A stretch of DNA of 64,000 nt from Bdellovibrionota bacterium (GTDB lineage: Bacteria; Bdellovibrionota; UBA1018; CAIPTA01; JAALKR01), in assembly GCA_965207455.1 (NCBI GenBank), contig CBDBMJ010000001.1, positions 352,001-416,000 of the forward strand. Direction: 5' to 3'. The first letter of the stretch is position 1. Each line of letters begins with the position of its first letter. Shown in pieces: positions 20,809-30,114 of this stretch. A model generated the notes under the pieces. The model worked only from the letters and a program-made list of their open reading frames with translations, was not told the DNA's origin and searched no databases. Position numbers and translations under genes: made by a program.

Positions 20809-21437
20809 CTAGAAAAACGGTTCCTCAGTGTAAAAACCAACTTTTGGACATTTTCCCTTAACTCAACCTCATTCCCCTCGTTAGGGATAATGTAGTCTGC
20901 ATGTTTGATCTTTTCTTCCTCAGGCATCTGAGTCCTCATGATTTGCTTTATCTGTTCCACGGGCATTCCATTTCGAAGAGTGATTCGTTGGATGCGAAGA
21001 TCTTCCGGTGCTGTAACACAGATAACGGCTTTAAGATGACTAGTGGATCCAGCCTCCAGTAGTACGGGAGCCTCGTAGATTATAATTTTCCCTGTGCTCT
21101 CTATGGCTAACTGTTGGGCTTTTTTGAGAGCCTGCCGTCGTATTTCAGGATGGAGGAGGGCTTCCAGTTGCTTGCGTTGTTCCGGATGGGTGAAAATTTT
21201 CTTTTTTAGCCATGGTCGTTTCAGGGCTCCTTCATGATCAAGGGCCTGGGATCCAAAGATTTCTACAATTTTAGGAAGAATGGGGCTTTGGGGAGCAGTA
21301 ATCTCACGGGCAATACTGTCTGCATCTAAGGTGGGAAAACCAAGCTCTTCAAAAAATTTTCGCACAGTGGATTTGCCCGAACCAATCCCTCCAGTGAGGC
21401 CCACCATAATAGGGATATCTTTTATTGTTTTAGCCAC
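20805..21437 (-). CDS. coaE: Dephospho-CoA kinase
   Basis: VGLTGGIGSGKST, LDADSIA, LLHPEIR, ADYIIPN. Confidence 0.96.
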   Translation of the reverse strand: MAKTIKDIPIMVGLTGGIGSGKSTVRKFFEELGFPTLDADSIAREITAPQSPILPKIVEIFGSQALDHEGALKRPWLKKKIFTHPEQRKQLEALLHPEIRRQALKKAQQLAIESTGKIIIYEAPVLLEAGSTSHLKAVICVTAPEDLRIQRITLRNGMPVEQIKQIMRTQMPEEEKIKHADYIIPNEGNEVELRENVQKLVFTLRNRFSS

Positions 21438-21576
21438 AATATATTATTACATATAGTAGACACCAAAAACCTCCTTTATTTCTAAAGGAGGCTTAGGGTA
21501 TCTTTTTTATCAATAGTCACAATATATTATCAGGTATTTAAACACCGAAAACTCACTTTATTTCTAAAGAAGCTTT
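21410..21576. repeat. Degenerate ~83-bp tandem duplication of the coaE 5' end and upstream hairpin
   Basis: tagggatatc..tagccacaatatattat..acaccaaaaacctcctttatttctaaaggaggctt versus tagggtatc..tagtcacaatatattat..acaccgaaaactcactttatttctaaagaagctt. Confidence 0.8.
21465..21491 (-). terminator. Intrinsic terminator downstream of rocD
   Basis: On the minus strand CCTCCTTTA-gaaa-TAAAGGAGG followed by TTTTT. Confidence 0.75.
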
Positions 21577-22858
21577 ATATATTACGATTATATTCCGCAA
21601 AAGTTTCTTGGATAATTTTACATGCTCTAAGAATTTGTGCTTCTGTAATGACTAGAGGAGGTGCGAATCGAATAATCGTTTCGTGTATGGGTTTTGCTAG
21701 AAGACCATTTTTCTCTAGTTTCGCAGAAATATCCCATGCTGATATTTTCTTCTCTTCCTGAGAATAAAATTCAATAACATTGAACAGCCCCTTACCTCGA
21801 ACTTCTTTAATCCAAGGGTATTTCATGGTGGACATTTCTTTACGAAATATGGCACCGAGAGTGCTTGAATTTTCAGCCAAGTTTTCCTCTTCTAGGATTT
21901 GTAGGGCAGCCATGGTTGTGGAACAAGCAAGAGGATTTCCTCCGTATGTTGAGCCATGCTCTCCGGGTCTGAGACACGACATAATATCTTCATCCGCCAG
22001 TACCAAAGATACGGGAAAGGCCCCTCCAGACAGAGCTTTTCCAAGAATGAGGATATGGGGACGAACGTCCTCATGATCACAGGCTAACTTTCTCCCTGTT
22101 CTGCCTAATCCCGTCTGCACTTCATCCGCGATAAATAAAACATTCTTTTCTTCGCATAGTTGGAACGTTTTTCTTAGGTAGCCATCATCTGGCACAACTA
22201 CGCCAGCCTCTCCTTGTATGGGTTCTAGTAGAATGCCTGCAACATTAGGATCCTGTAGAGCTTCTTCCACAGCATTTATATTATTGTAAGGAATAATTTC
22301 AATTCCAGGTAGGAACGGACCAAAGCCATCTCGCACAAAAGAATAAGTGGAACCAGAAACAACGGCTAGGGTTCGTCCATGGAAGTTTCCTTCCATAAAT
22401 ATAATTTTAGCTTGATTCTTTGGAATTCCTTTCTTTCTATAGGCCCATTGTCGGCATAATTTTAGAGCAGTTTCCACACCTTCCGCACCTGTGTTCATGG
22501 GATACATTTGCTGGTAGTTGAAAAAATTTGTGACAAACTTTTCATACTCTTCAAATGTATCATTATGAAAAGCACGGGAAGTAAGCATTAATTTTTCTGC
22601 TTGACTCTTTAGTGCTTCAAGTATTTTCGGGTGGCAATGACCTTGGTTTATGGTGGAGTAGGCAGAGTGGAAATCAAAGTATTTTTTATTTTCCACATCC
22701 CATACATAAATCCCCTCGCCTCGATTGAGTGTAACAGGGATTGTTCGGTAGTTATGAGCTCCATAACTTTCTTTTGATTCTGTATTATTTTTATTAAGTA
22801 CAACAGGCGTTGTCTTACAGTTATGAGACCCATAACTGTTTTCTGAAGTATTATCCAC
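21575..22858 (-). CDS. rocD: Ornithine aminotransferase (class III PLP enzyme)
   Basis: YGAHNY, SAYS..NQGHCHP, PMNTGAEGVETA, EPIQGEAGV, DEVQTGLGRTG, LGKALSGG, GEHGSTYGGNP; start taken as GTG 22858 behind a GGGAGG RBS. Confidence 0.95.
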   Translation of the reverse strand: MDNTSENSYGSHNCKTTPVVLNKNNTESKESYGAHNYRTIPVTLNRGEGIYVWDVENKKYFDFHSAYSTINQGHCHPKILEALKSQAEKLMLTSRAFHNDTFEEYEKFVTNFFNYQQMYPMNTGAEGVETALKLCRQWAYRKKGIPKNQAKIIFMEGNFHGRTLAVVSGSTYSFVRDGFGPFLPGIEIIPYNNINAVEEALQDPNVAGILLEPIQGEAGVVVPDDGYLRKTFQLCEEKNVLFIADEVQTGLGRTGRKLACDHEDVRPHILILGKALSGGAFPVSLVLADEDIMSCLRPGEHGSTYGGNPLACSTTMAALQILEEENLAENSSTLGAIFRKEMSTMKYPWIKEVRGKGLFNVIEFYSQEEKKISAWDISAKLEKNGLLAKPIHETIIRFAPPLVITEAQILRACKIIQETFAEYNRNI

Positions 22859-22982
22859 CGGACCCTCCCCACCACATGGGCGTAGGATTCCCCATAGCAA
22901 ATCCCGGAGTAAATCCCAGAGTAAAAGTTGAACTCACATTCAATTTCGATAGTTTCGATAGTTTTAGTTTTTTCGTTTTCAT
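22851..22982 (-). CDS. 43-aa leader ORF overlapping the rocD start (not in the ORF track)
   Basis: AGAAAGGAAAG RBS, then MKTKKLKLSKLSKLNVSSTFTLGFTPGFAMGNPTPMWWGGSGG*; last 8 nt (GTGGATAA) overlap the rocD GTG. Confidence 0.55.
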   Translation of the reverse strand: MKTKKLKLSKLSKLNVSSTFTLGFTPGFAMGNPTPMWWGGSGG

Positions 22983-23326
22983 AATCTTTCCTTTCTTTGT
23001 TAAAAATTAATTTGATCAGTGCGTCTAATAGAGATTTTTTTATAAATCAATACTTTTATTTTCTCTGTAAGGTCGAAATTAAAATTTTACACCCTCTAGC
23101 AAAATGAAAATTTCACAACACGACGCGTAACTACTTTTGTTTTTAAATAATATGTACATTATGTTGCGCAATATAAAAGCATTCGATTTTTCAGGAAAGA
23201 TTATCGTATCGTTTGCGCATAGTTCAACACTGAAAGTCAAAGACTTAAAAGTCAAAGACTTAAATGTGTTTTGTCGACTGCGCCAGCATAGAGCATTATT
23301 TAATAGATCGCAAAAGTTGTGATTAT

Positions 23327-23522
23327 TACCTTAAACACCGTAATTCATTTACTGGGGGTAGGGCTGTTGAGGACTCCGGCTGTTAAAAGCCTATTCAAAC
23401 GCCTCTTCTGACCAAAATCTCCGGTTGAAGTTAGATAAAATTACTTTATTATATTTTTTCTGCTCCATTTTGATTTCCTCCGTAAATTCAAGCTTGTTAC
23501 AAAAGATTACGGAGCTAAAGTA
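23327..23522. mobile_element. Candidate 196-bp MITE or internally deleted IS with TA termini
   Basis: Imperfect terminal inverted repeats TACCTTAAACACCGTAAT and (reverse complement) TACTTTAGCTCCGTAAT. Confidence 0.45.
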
Positions 23523-23664
23523 CCTAATTATAGCAAAAGTAATTAGATTTAAAGAAAAAAATATTGACACTAAATTGAAAAGTGTATAGTAATGCCTTTA
23601 ACGGAGGGGGCATATGGTGTGTCCTTTTAAAATTAAAAAATTAAATTAGAAAGGAAAGAAAGTT

Positions 23665-23856
23665 ATGAACAACAAAACAAAAAATAATGCGCTATGGTTA
23701 ACTGTTTTTTTTGCAGGGGTAGGACTGGTGTCAACTAGTTTTGCATTTGACGAAGGAGCTGAAGATTTGAGGGAGCGATCTCTGAATAATTCTAGAAGGA
23801 TTGTATCTGAGCCTCTATTTTCCACAGCCTCCTATAAGAAGATAGAAGCTCTTTAG
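23665..23856 (+). pseudogene. 5' fragment of a secreted-protein gene cut off by the IS remnant
   Basis: RBS and Sec signal peptide (MNNKTKNNALWLTVFFAGVGLVSTSFA); its 3' part is antisense transposase sequence. Confidence 0.6.
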
Positions 23857-25141
23857 GTGTTGCCTCTTCTATATTCGTACAAAGACCGGCAATACCATCC
23901 CATTTTCTATCTTCCTCGATTATTTTTTTATTTACAGCCACGCTGCCCTTAGATTTTTCCAGAAATCGTCCAATACCTCTATTTTGAGTAAGTTTTTTTG
24001 TATCAATGGTGCCGTCTTTTCCTTTTAATTTTTCTATCACACTCAAGATCTTCTCTCTCTTATATGCATCGTGTGCAGCTCTCTTTTGAGAATAAACTGC
24101 TACCACTCGTCTCCCATCATTGCAGAACTCGAATACGCTCCTATCTTCATCTATAGCGTTATAGTTATTTAAATTCAAAACTTCCTCCTGTAGCTTCTTC
24201 GTCATTTTCCTCAAAGGACAAGAGATAATATACTCCATAGAACGCTCACCATGATCTTCTTTATCTTCAAAATAAGAGAAGTTCTTTTTTGAGAACATTG
24301 CTTTATCCGCAGTCACTCGAATTTTATTTAATTTATATTTCTTCTTAATTTTTTCTAGGCAATGGATAAACGTTTTTGTTTCTGCGGTATTGCCTGGGAA
24401 TACCTCATAACTAATTGGTAAGCCATCGGAGTCTGTAAGCAGTGCAAGCACCACTTGTACTTCTTTAAATTTACTATCCTTGCTGAAACCAAAGTTTTTT
24501 AAATCTGTCACATTCGTATTTTCAAAGTATAGTGTCGTTACATCAAATAGCATAATATCTAAAGCCTGACTCTTATCTATCATTTTCCTTGATAATTTAG
24601 CCTTGATTTCCTCTTCTCTCTCAGAAAGATGGTCCATCATTCTGAGTATCTGGCTATGAGAGGATTGCATTTCAAATCTATCTAACATTACTTGGATAGA
24701 TCTGCGTTTACTAGATGGCTCAACATATCTGGCAAGCACGCAGTATTTCAAAACTTTGTTCCACTCTCTATCTTTTCTAGTATTTGAAATGATTTCATTA
24801 AGACCTAGCTGATCATAAATGAAACCGAGAATATCCGGAATACCATCATTAATAGCATCCCTCCCCTCAAGGTAACAAAGGCTTGTGGTAAGTGGAAGAG
24901 GAATGGGTTCTTGCTTTTGCTTTGTTTCCATTTCTGCTTTTATATTCAAAGCAATTTTTTTATAATACTCTATCATTTGTGGATCCTTGGATTGACCCAC
25001 TGTTTTGATTATTTCCTGCCTAACTTTTCCATTTATTCTGTATCCACGAACTAGGCGAACAACCGTATTATGGCAAAATAAAAATAATATTTTATTTTTT
25101 AAAGACGATGCTGACAAAATGTTTTTTCTATTACGACACAA
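23792..25141 (-). mobile_element. IS1634-family DDE transposase, truncated
   Basis: YRINGKVRQ, FDVTTLYFE, FGFSKD.K..EVQVVLALL...GLPI.YEVFPGN..E, VTADKAM, WDG..G..TN, YRRLWKIE followed by an abrupt stop. Confidence 0.9.
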
Positions 25142-25415
25142 AAAAGTTTGGAATCTTTTTGAGATAAGGTCATAGTTACTATTAAATGACCATTAACCAC
25201 ACACCACAATAGGGAAACATTTCCAGGATCCCCCGACCCTTAAAATTTTCGATTAAAATACTATTCTCGATCCGCAATAACGCATCGACCTATTTCTTTA
25301 TTGTTGTTCCCAGCATATTTTGAGGCAAATATACACGGTTTTCGTATTTATATTTCTTTTTTTATGAAAATACACTGTGTTTTCCTGTATTTTCCCAATT
25401 AAATGAGGCAGTTTT

Positions 25416-25443
25416 TAACTTTTTATTTTATGGTTGCCGATAG
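25416..25443 (+). promoter_or_regulatory. Possible sigma28 promoter for the HD phosphodiesterase-ybeY operon
   Basis: TAAC-N16-GCCGATAG: strong -10, weak -35 and spacing one base long. Confidence 0.4.
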
Positions 25444-25470
25444 AGCATACAGGAGAAGGTAGAGTTTATT

Positions 25471-28023
25471 ATGCCTGGAAATGACAAGAAAAAAAACGTG
25501 GGTAAAAACGGGGAGAAACGATCCGACAGGAAAACGAAATCGGTATTGCTTTCTGATAATCCTTTGTTTAAGAAAAGTCGAGTGGAACTGCCGATTCGTC
25601 ATAAAAATCTCCAGGGCTTTCGACGACTACCTTTGCTCGATGAATTAAGCCGAAAATTCCAACCATTGGACGAGCGCTATAACTTGCGCCCTAAAATTGT
25701 AATTGTTTTTCTAGCTGTTTTCTTGTCTTTTTTCATTTTTCATAAAATTACAGACCCATTTTATGATTATCGTTTAGGAGAAATCGCACAGCGCCACTTT
25801 ATTTCTCAGCATATTTTAGAGTTTGTGGACAAAGACACCACAGAGGCGAAACGCAAACAAGCCCTTCAGTCTGTTCTGCCCGTGTATGACTATGATCATC
25901 AAATTATTCATAAAAATACGCAACAAATGCGAAATGCATTTCAACAGATGCGCAAAAAATTTCCCAATTTGGTCAAGAAGAATAGGCGTTTGCACCGCAA
26001 GGCTTTAGCCGACGGAGGAGAAAAACTCTCTGAATTTCAGGAAGCTAGAAAATTATTTGCCTCTGCCTTGGGTCTAGAGGTTTCCGATGGGGAATTCAAA
26101 TCAGCCATGCGACTAAATTTTTCCTATAAATTTGAACGAACCCTTATTCATTTATTTTCTGCTATTGATAACCGTCTTTTAGTTTTAAGTAAGGAAGTGC
26201 TGAATAGTAGCCCAGAAAAAGGGATTATCATTAATCATCTCAATGATCCCTTTCTGGAAAATAGGGAAGAGGTTTTTAAGAATTTGTCTACTATTGTGGA
26301 TATAAAAAAATCGAGAGAGAATTTGCTGTCGAAAGGGTCAGAAATCTTCTTAAGTAGTCGCAAGGAAGATGAAAAAAATATTTTCAAACTTATGTCCAAG
26401 TTAGTGGTGCCAAACCTAACTTTTAATAAGCAAATAACCGAACGAAGAAAAACTGCCGTGGTGGACGAGGTAAACCCTGTGATTATTAAGATCAGCAAAG
26501 GTGATATTATTGTTCGCTATGGAGATAGGATAACAGAGAGGCACCTTACCATTCTGAGATACATGGAAACTCAACAGAAAGATCAAGCATCCCATGTTCG
26601 ATTTTTATTCACAGTAATTCTCCTCACAATATTGCTGTATGTATTATACAAATTTTGCTCCCATGGCTTTGAATCCTATACCTATACATTTAGAGACTTA
26701 GTTGTTTTTATGGCGCTGATGGTGGGAACAATTCTTAGTGTGAAGGGAATACAGTTTGTGGCTATAGAAGCATTTAGAGAAAAATTTCCTCAAATTCCAC
26801 TAGAGTTTTATCAATTTTTATTACCCCTGGGTGCTTGTCCTGTGGTGATTCGCATGATTAGCTCCCGGCTTTCTGCTCTGATGTTTATGATCATCATGTC
26901 TGTTATCTGTGGAATTCTTTTGGATAGAAGTTTCTTTTTTGTTTGCTATGCACTCATTACCTCTCTTACGGCAACTACTCTTGCCAATAGGATTAAAACT
27001 AGGAGAGTGATATACCGAATGGGGCTGATTACTGGCTTGGTGAATATTGTGGTGATCACTTGTATTGCAGCGAATGTTCGTGATGGAGCTAATTTATCGT
27101 TGCTTTGGGACGATATGTATTGGATTTTTTGGGCAGGATTTCTTTCAGGACTCCTTACTTCTGCTGTTGTTACTACCCTAGTGCCCATTATTGAGTTTTT
27201 TTCCGGTCACTCCACGGATTTGCGTTTACTGGAACTGGCATCCATGGATCACCCTCTGCTCCAAGAACTGATGGTAAAGGCTCCAGGCACATACCACCAT
27301 TCCATCATTATTGGTTCATTGGTGGAGAAATCAGCCGATGCCATTGGGGCGAATCCACTTTTAGCTCGTGTAATGGCCTATTACCATGATGTGGGCAAAA
27401 CTGAACGTCCCCTGTACTTTATTGAAAATCAAGGGGGAGGTTATAATCGCCATGATGGACTACAACCCCACATGAGTGCCATGATCATTCGAGAACACGT
27501 TAAGAGGGGACAAGAGTTGGGCTATAAATATAAACTTCCTCAGCCCATTATCGATGCCATGAGTGAGCACCATGGCTCCTCTACGATCACCTATTTTTAT
27601 AATAAAGCAAGAGGCCTGGCAGAGGATCCGGACTCTGTTATGGAAACGGACTACCAATATGATGGCGAAAGCCCACAGTCCAAGGAGTCTGCCCTGGTGA
27701 TGTTGGGAGATGTGGTGGAGGCAGCTACCCGTTCCCTGGTGGATCCAACGCCACTAAGGCTGTCTGGTTTAGTAAGGAATGTGCTTAATAAATATTTTGC
27801 AGAAGGGCACTTGTCTGAGTGTAGCCTTACCCTAAGGGATCTGGACCTTATTGCAAAAAACTTCGTGGACGTGCTTATTGGTATTTATCATGCACGAATT
27901 GATTATGGTGTTTCCATTACGAAGGAACTTGATGTAAAGAAGAAAGAAAATGGAAATTTGGATTCAAAAGGAAACGGTCATAAGCGCGCCGGTGGTGGCA
28001 CACTTAAAGCACGCAATATGTAA
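25471..28023 (+). CDS. 7TM-HD (HDIG) phosphohydrolase, PgpH-like cyclic-dinucleotide phosphodiesterase family
   Basis: Extracellular domain, 7 TMs, APGTYHHS, YYHDVGK, YFIENQ, EHHG, DVVEAA; upstream of ybeY as is typical. Confidence 0.9.
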   Translation: MPGNDKKKNVGKNGEKRSDRKTKSVLLSDNPLFKKSRVELPIRHKNLQGFRRLPLLDELSRKFQPLDERYNLRPKIVIVFLAVFLSFFIFHKITDPFYDYRLGEIAQRHFISQHILEFVDKDTTEAKRKQALQSVLPVYDYDHQIIHKNTQQMRNAFQQMRKKFPNLVKKNRRLHRKALADGGEKLSEFQEARKLFASALGLEVSDGEFKSAMRLNFSYKFERTLIHLFSAIDNRLLVLSKEVLNSSPEKGIIINHLNDPFLENREEVFKNLSTIVDIKKSRENLLSKGSEIFLSSRKEDEKNIFKLMSKLVVPNLTFNKQITERRKTAVVDEVNPVIIKISKGDIIVRYGDRITERHLTILRYMETQQKDQASHVRFLFTVILLTILLYVLYKFCSHGFESYTYTFRDLVVFMALMVGTILSVKGIQFVAIEAFREKFPQIPLEFYQFLLPLGACPVVIRMISSRLSALMFMIIMSVICGILLDRSFFFVCYALITSLTATTLANRIKTRRVIYRMGLITGLVNIVVITCIAANVRDGANLSLLWDDMYWIFWAGFLSGLLTSAVVTTLVPIIEFFSGHSTDLRLLELASMDHPLLQELMVKAPGTYHHSIIIGSLVEKSADAIGANPLLARVMAYYHDVGKTERPLYFIENQGGGYNRHDGLQPHMSAMIIREHVKRGQELGYKYKLPQPIIDAMSEHHGSSTITYFYNKARGLAEDPDSVMETDYQYDGESPQSKESALVMLGDVVEAATRSLVDPTPLRLSGLVRNVLNKYFAEGHLSECSLTLRDLDLIAKNFVDVLIGIYHARIDYGVSITKELDVKKKENGNLDSKGNGHKRAGGGTLKARNM

Positions 28024-28426
28024 AGTATTCCACAATTTATCCCGCCGACGATTGCTGAGTGCGTCGGCACTGAAAAAAATGGAGATTTCCATTCTTTTAA
28101 CGGGAAATCTGGGAATACGAAAACTCAATAAGCAATGGAGAAAAAAAGATCGAGCTACCGATGTTCTATCCTTTCCCCAGTATACAGAGGCAGAACTGAA
28201 GAACTTTCCCATGAAGCGCACTTCATGGAGCCTGGGAGATGTGGTCCTCAATGTGGAACGTGCCCGAGTGGATGCAAAAAAAAATAAAATAACCCTGCGG
28301 GCAGAGCTGGATCGGTTATTAATCCATGGAATTGTTCATTTATTGGGTTACGACCATGAACTAGGAGAAAAAGAAGCCAAGCGCATGGAACGCCTAGAGA
28401 AGTACTTATTAGGTCATCACAGATAA
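27950..28426 (+). CDS. ybeY: rRNA maturation endoribonuclease YbeY
   Basis: LNKQWR.KD..TDVLSFP, LGDVV, HGIVHLLGYDH. Confidence 0.95.
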   Translation: MEIWIQKETVISAPVVAHLKHAICKVFHNLSRRRLLSASALKKMEISILLTGNLGIRKLNKQWRKKDRATDVLSFPQYTEAELKNFPMKRTSWSLGDVVLNVERARVDAKKNKITLRAELDRLLIHGIVHLLGYDHELGEKEAKRMERLEKYLLGHHR

Positions 28427-28516
28427 ACCCACCACAAACAGAAAAAAACGTCGGCTGACACTGTGCGCGCATTCAATAAGTTGACAACGCCACCAAGGAT
28501 AGGGTGTCATTAGGGT

Positions 28517-29098
28517 ATGGACAATAGAAACACTACTTATTTTGATCAAGACGGCGAGGAAGCCTTAAGACCCATTCATACCTATTCAGGAAATAGACGG
28601 TGGATTAAACAATTGGTTCGCAACGAAGTGAACTTATCCCATACGGGCACAGGGGATTTAGTGGGTCACCAGGATCATAAGAAAGTTGTGGGAGAAGCCA
28701 CAGTGGAGCTTCTAATAAGTTTAAAAGAGGAGTTTACCTCCTGTGTGGACATGTTTAATTCCTATCGAGGCGACAAGGACATGTTCAACTCCATCAAAAT
28801 TTTTCATGTCTCTAAGACAGCAGCAGACTTCATTCTCTTTCGCAATAACCTGAAATTCTTAACGAGTAACGAAAACCTTGGAGTAATTAATTTTTCATTT
28901 ATTTCCCGCATGGGCCTTTTGCCCCAGCAAACAGACACTGAGAATAAGACGAATTCCTCTAAGGAGAGTTACGACATTATAGCTCAAATATATCCATTTA
29001 ATGAATTGGCTTGGACGTTTCACGGTGAAAGAATCAACATGGAAGCACTGGTTCGTTACATGTTTGTGGAGTTCGTAAAAACCTCAGCAGTATACTAG
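28517..29098 (+). CDS. Hypothetical protein
   Basis: 193-aa ORF filling the gap, protein-like composition; no recognised motif. Confidence 0.7.
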   Translation: MDNRNTTYFDQDGEEALRPIHTYSGNRRWIKQLVRNEVNLSHTGTGDLVGHQDHKKVVGEATVELLISLKEEFTSCVDMFNSYRGDKDMFNSIKIFHVSKTAADFILFRNNLKFLTSNENLGVINFSFISRMGLLPQQTDTENKTNSSKESYDIIAQIYPFNELAWTFHGERINMEALVRYMFVEFVKTSAVY

Positions 29099-29105
29099 CA
29101 CTTTT

Positions 29106-30005
29106 TTAAATATGATCGCTTATTTGGTTTGATTGCTTTTTTATATTTGCTGAAAACTCTTCCTTTGTTTCTGGTTTCCAATTAAATTGATTTGAAAATT
29201 TCTTTGAACTAAGGGTGTAGTTTTGAGTTGCGCTATCTTCTTCTAAAAGAAGTTTCAAAGGTTTTGGAAACTGAAGACATTGGCCAAGCAGTGTACAAAT
29301 ATTTTTCTCATTTTCTTCCACTCCTCCTAAATGATAGATGGGAGAGAGGTTAGCGGGTTTATTTTCTAACAACCGCTCTATGGCATAGATTAAGTTGTAT
29401 AGACTGATATAACTATGTGTAGTGTTTGGGTTAACAGGTAGAGATTTGTCTTGGGTTAGATTTTTTCTAACAGTATCTAGGAAACTGGGTTGGTGAAAAT
29501 GGCTTATTCCCAATACTCTTCCAAAGCGTAGAATGGTACTGCTGATGGATTGTGTTCGAATATAGCCCTCTCCAGTTGCCTTGCTTTGGGCAAGTTCATG
29601 GGAATGAAAATTTTGGTTTTCTTCTTTGGATTGTTTTTTTTTTCCATCTAATATTTCAGCACAGCTAAGATGAATATTGGGAATTTCTCTATCCGACGCA
29701 CTTTGGGCGAGAGCTAGAGGTATGTAAGTATTTACTATACTAGCAAGAGATTTATTTTCCTCACATTCCTTTAGATTGTTTAATCCACTGGCCATGATGG
29801 TATAGCTGGGGCGTAGCATTTTCATATACCTGTCTATTAATAGTTTAAAAGAATCCATATTGAGAGGGTAAGAGTGCACATCGGGTATGGATATGGGATG
29901 ATTGAAATAAACTCCTGTTACGGAGTATTTGTGTCTTAGGTGGTAAGCTAGATTGTACCCAATAAATCCACTGATTCCCAATATGAAGATACGTTTTTTT
30001 ACCAT
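29106..30005 (-). CDS. RmlD-like SDR protein lacking the catalytic Tyr
   Basis: IFILGISGFIG Rossmann motif, VNTYIP..LA, ILRFG; YxxxK position reads LAQSK. Confidence 0.75.
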   Translation of the reverse strand: MVKKRIFILGISGFIGYNLAYHLRHKYSVTGVYFNHPISIPDVHSYPLNMDSFKLLIDRYMKMLRPSYTIMASGLNNLKECEENKSLASIVNTYIPLALAQSASDREIPNIHLSCAEILDGKKKQSKEENQNFHSHELAQSKATGEGYIRTQSISSTILRFGRVLGISHFHQPSFLDTVRKNLTQDKSLPVNPNTTHSYISLYNLIYAIERLLENKPANLSPIYHLGGVEENEKNICTLLGQCLQFPKPLKLLLEEDSATQNYTLSSKKFSNQFNWKPETKEEFSANIKKQSNQISDHI

Positions 30006-30049
30006 TCACTCTATGGTAGCAGAAAATAAAAGAGCTGTTTTAAAGATTA

Positions 30050-30075
30050 ATTCCGGCCCATTGCTGGGCCGGAAT
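30050..30075 (-). terminator. Stem-loop downstream of flagellin
   Basis: ATTCCGGCCCA-ttgc-TGGGCCGGAAT 11-bp stem. Confidence 0.7.
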
Positions 30076-30114
30076 CTGAAGCAGGAAATGAACTATTATC
30101 TGCTTATGAAATTT

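Noticed and set aside
22859..22900. Track's N-terminal extension of RocD (MLWGILRPCGGEGP)
   Set aside because: GTG 22858 has a GGGAGG RBS; the upstream bases belong to the leader ORF in another frame.
23137..23322. 61-aa ORF containing LKVKDLKVKDL
   Set aside because: TTG start without RBS; the repeat reflects a 15-bp DNA duplication, so probably non-coding.
23360..23406. Possible nested IS5-like mini-element (GGGCTGTTGA...TTCAAACGCCTC)
   Set aside because: Inverted repeat too short and imperfect to distinguish from chance.
25141..25415. Possible riboswitch (c-di-GMP or c-di-AMP) upstream of the HD phosphodiesterase
   Set aside because: No recognisable aptamer consensus by eye; an Rfam scan would be needed.
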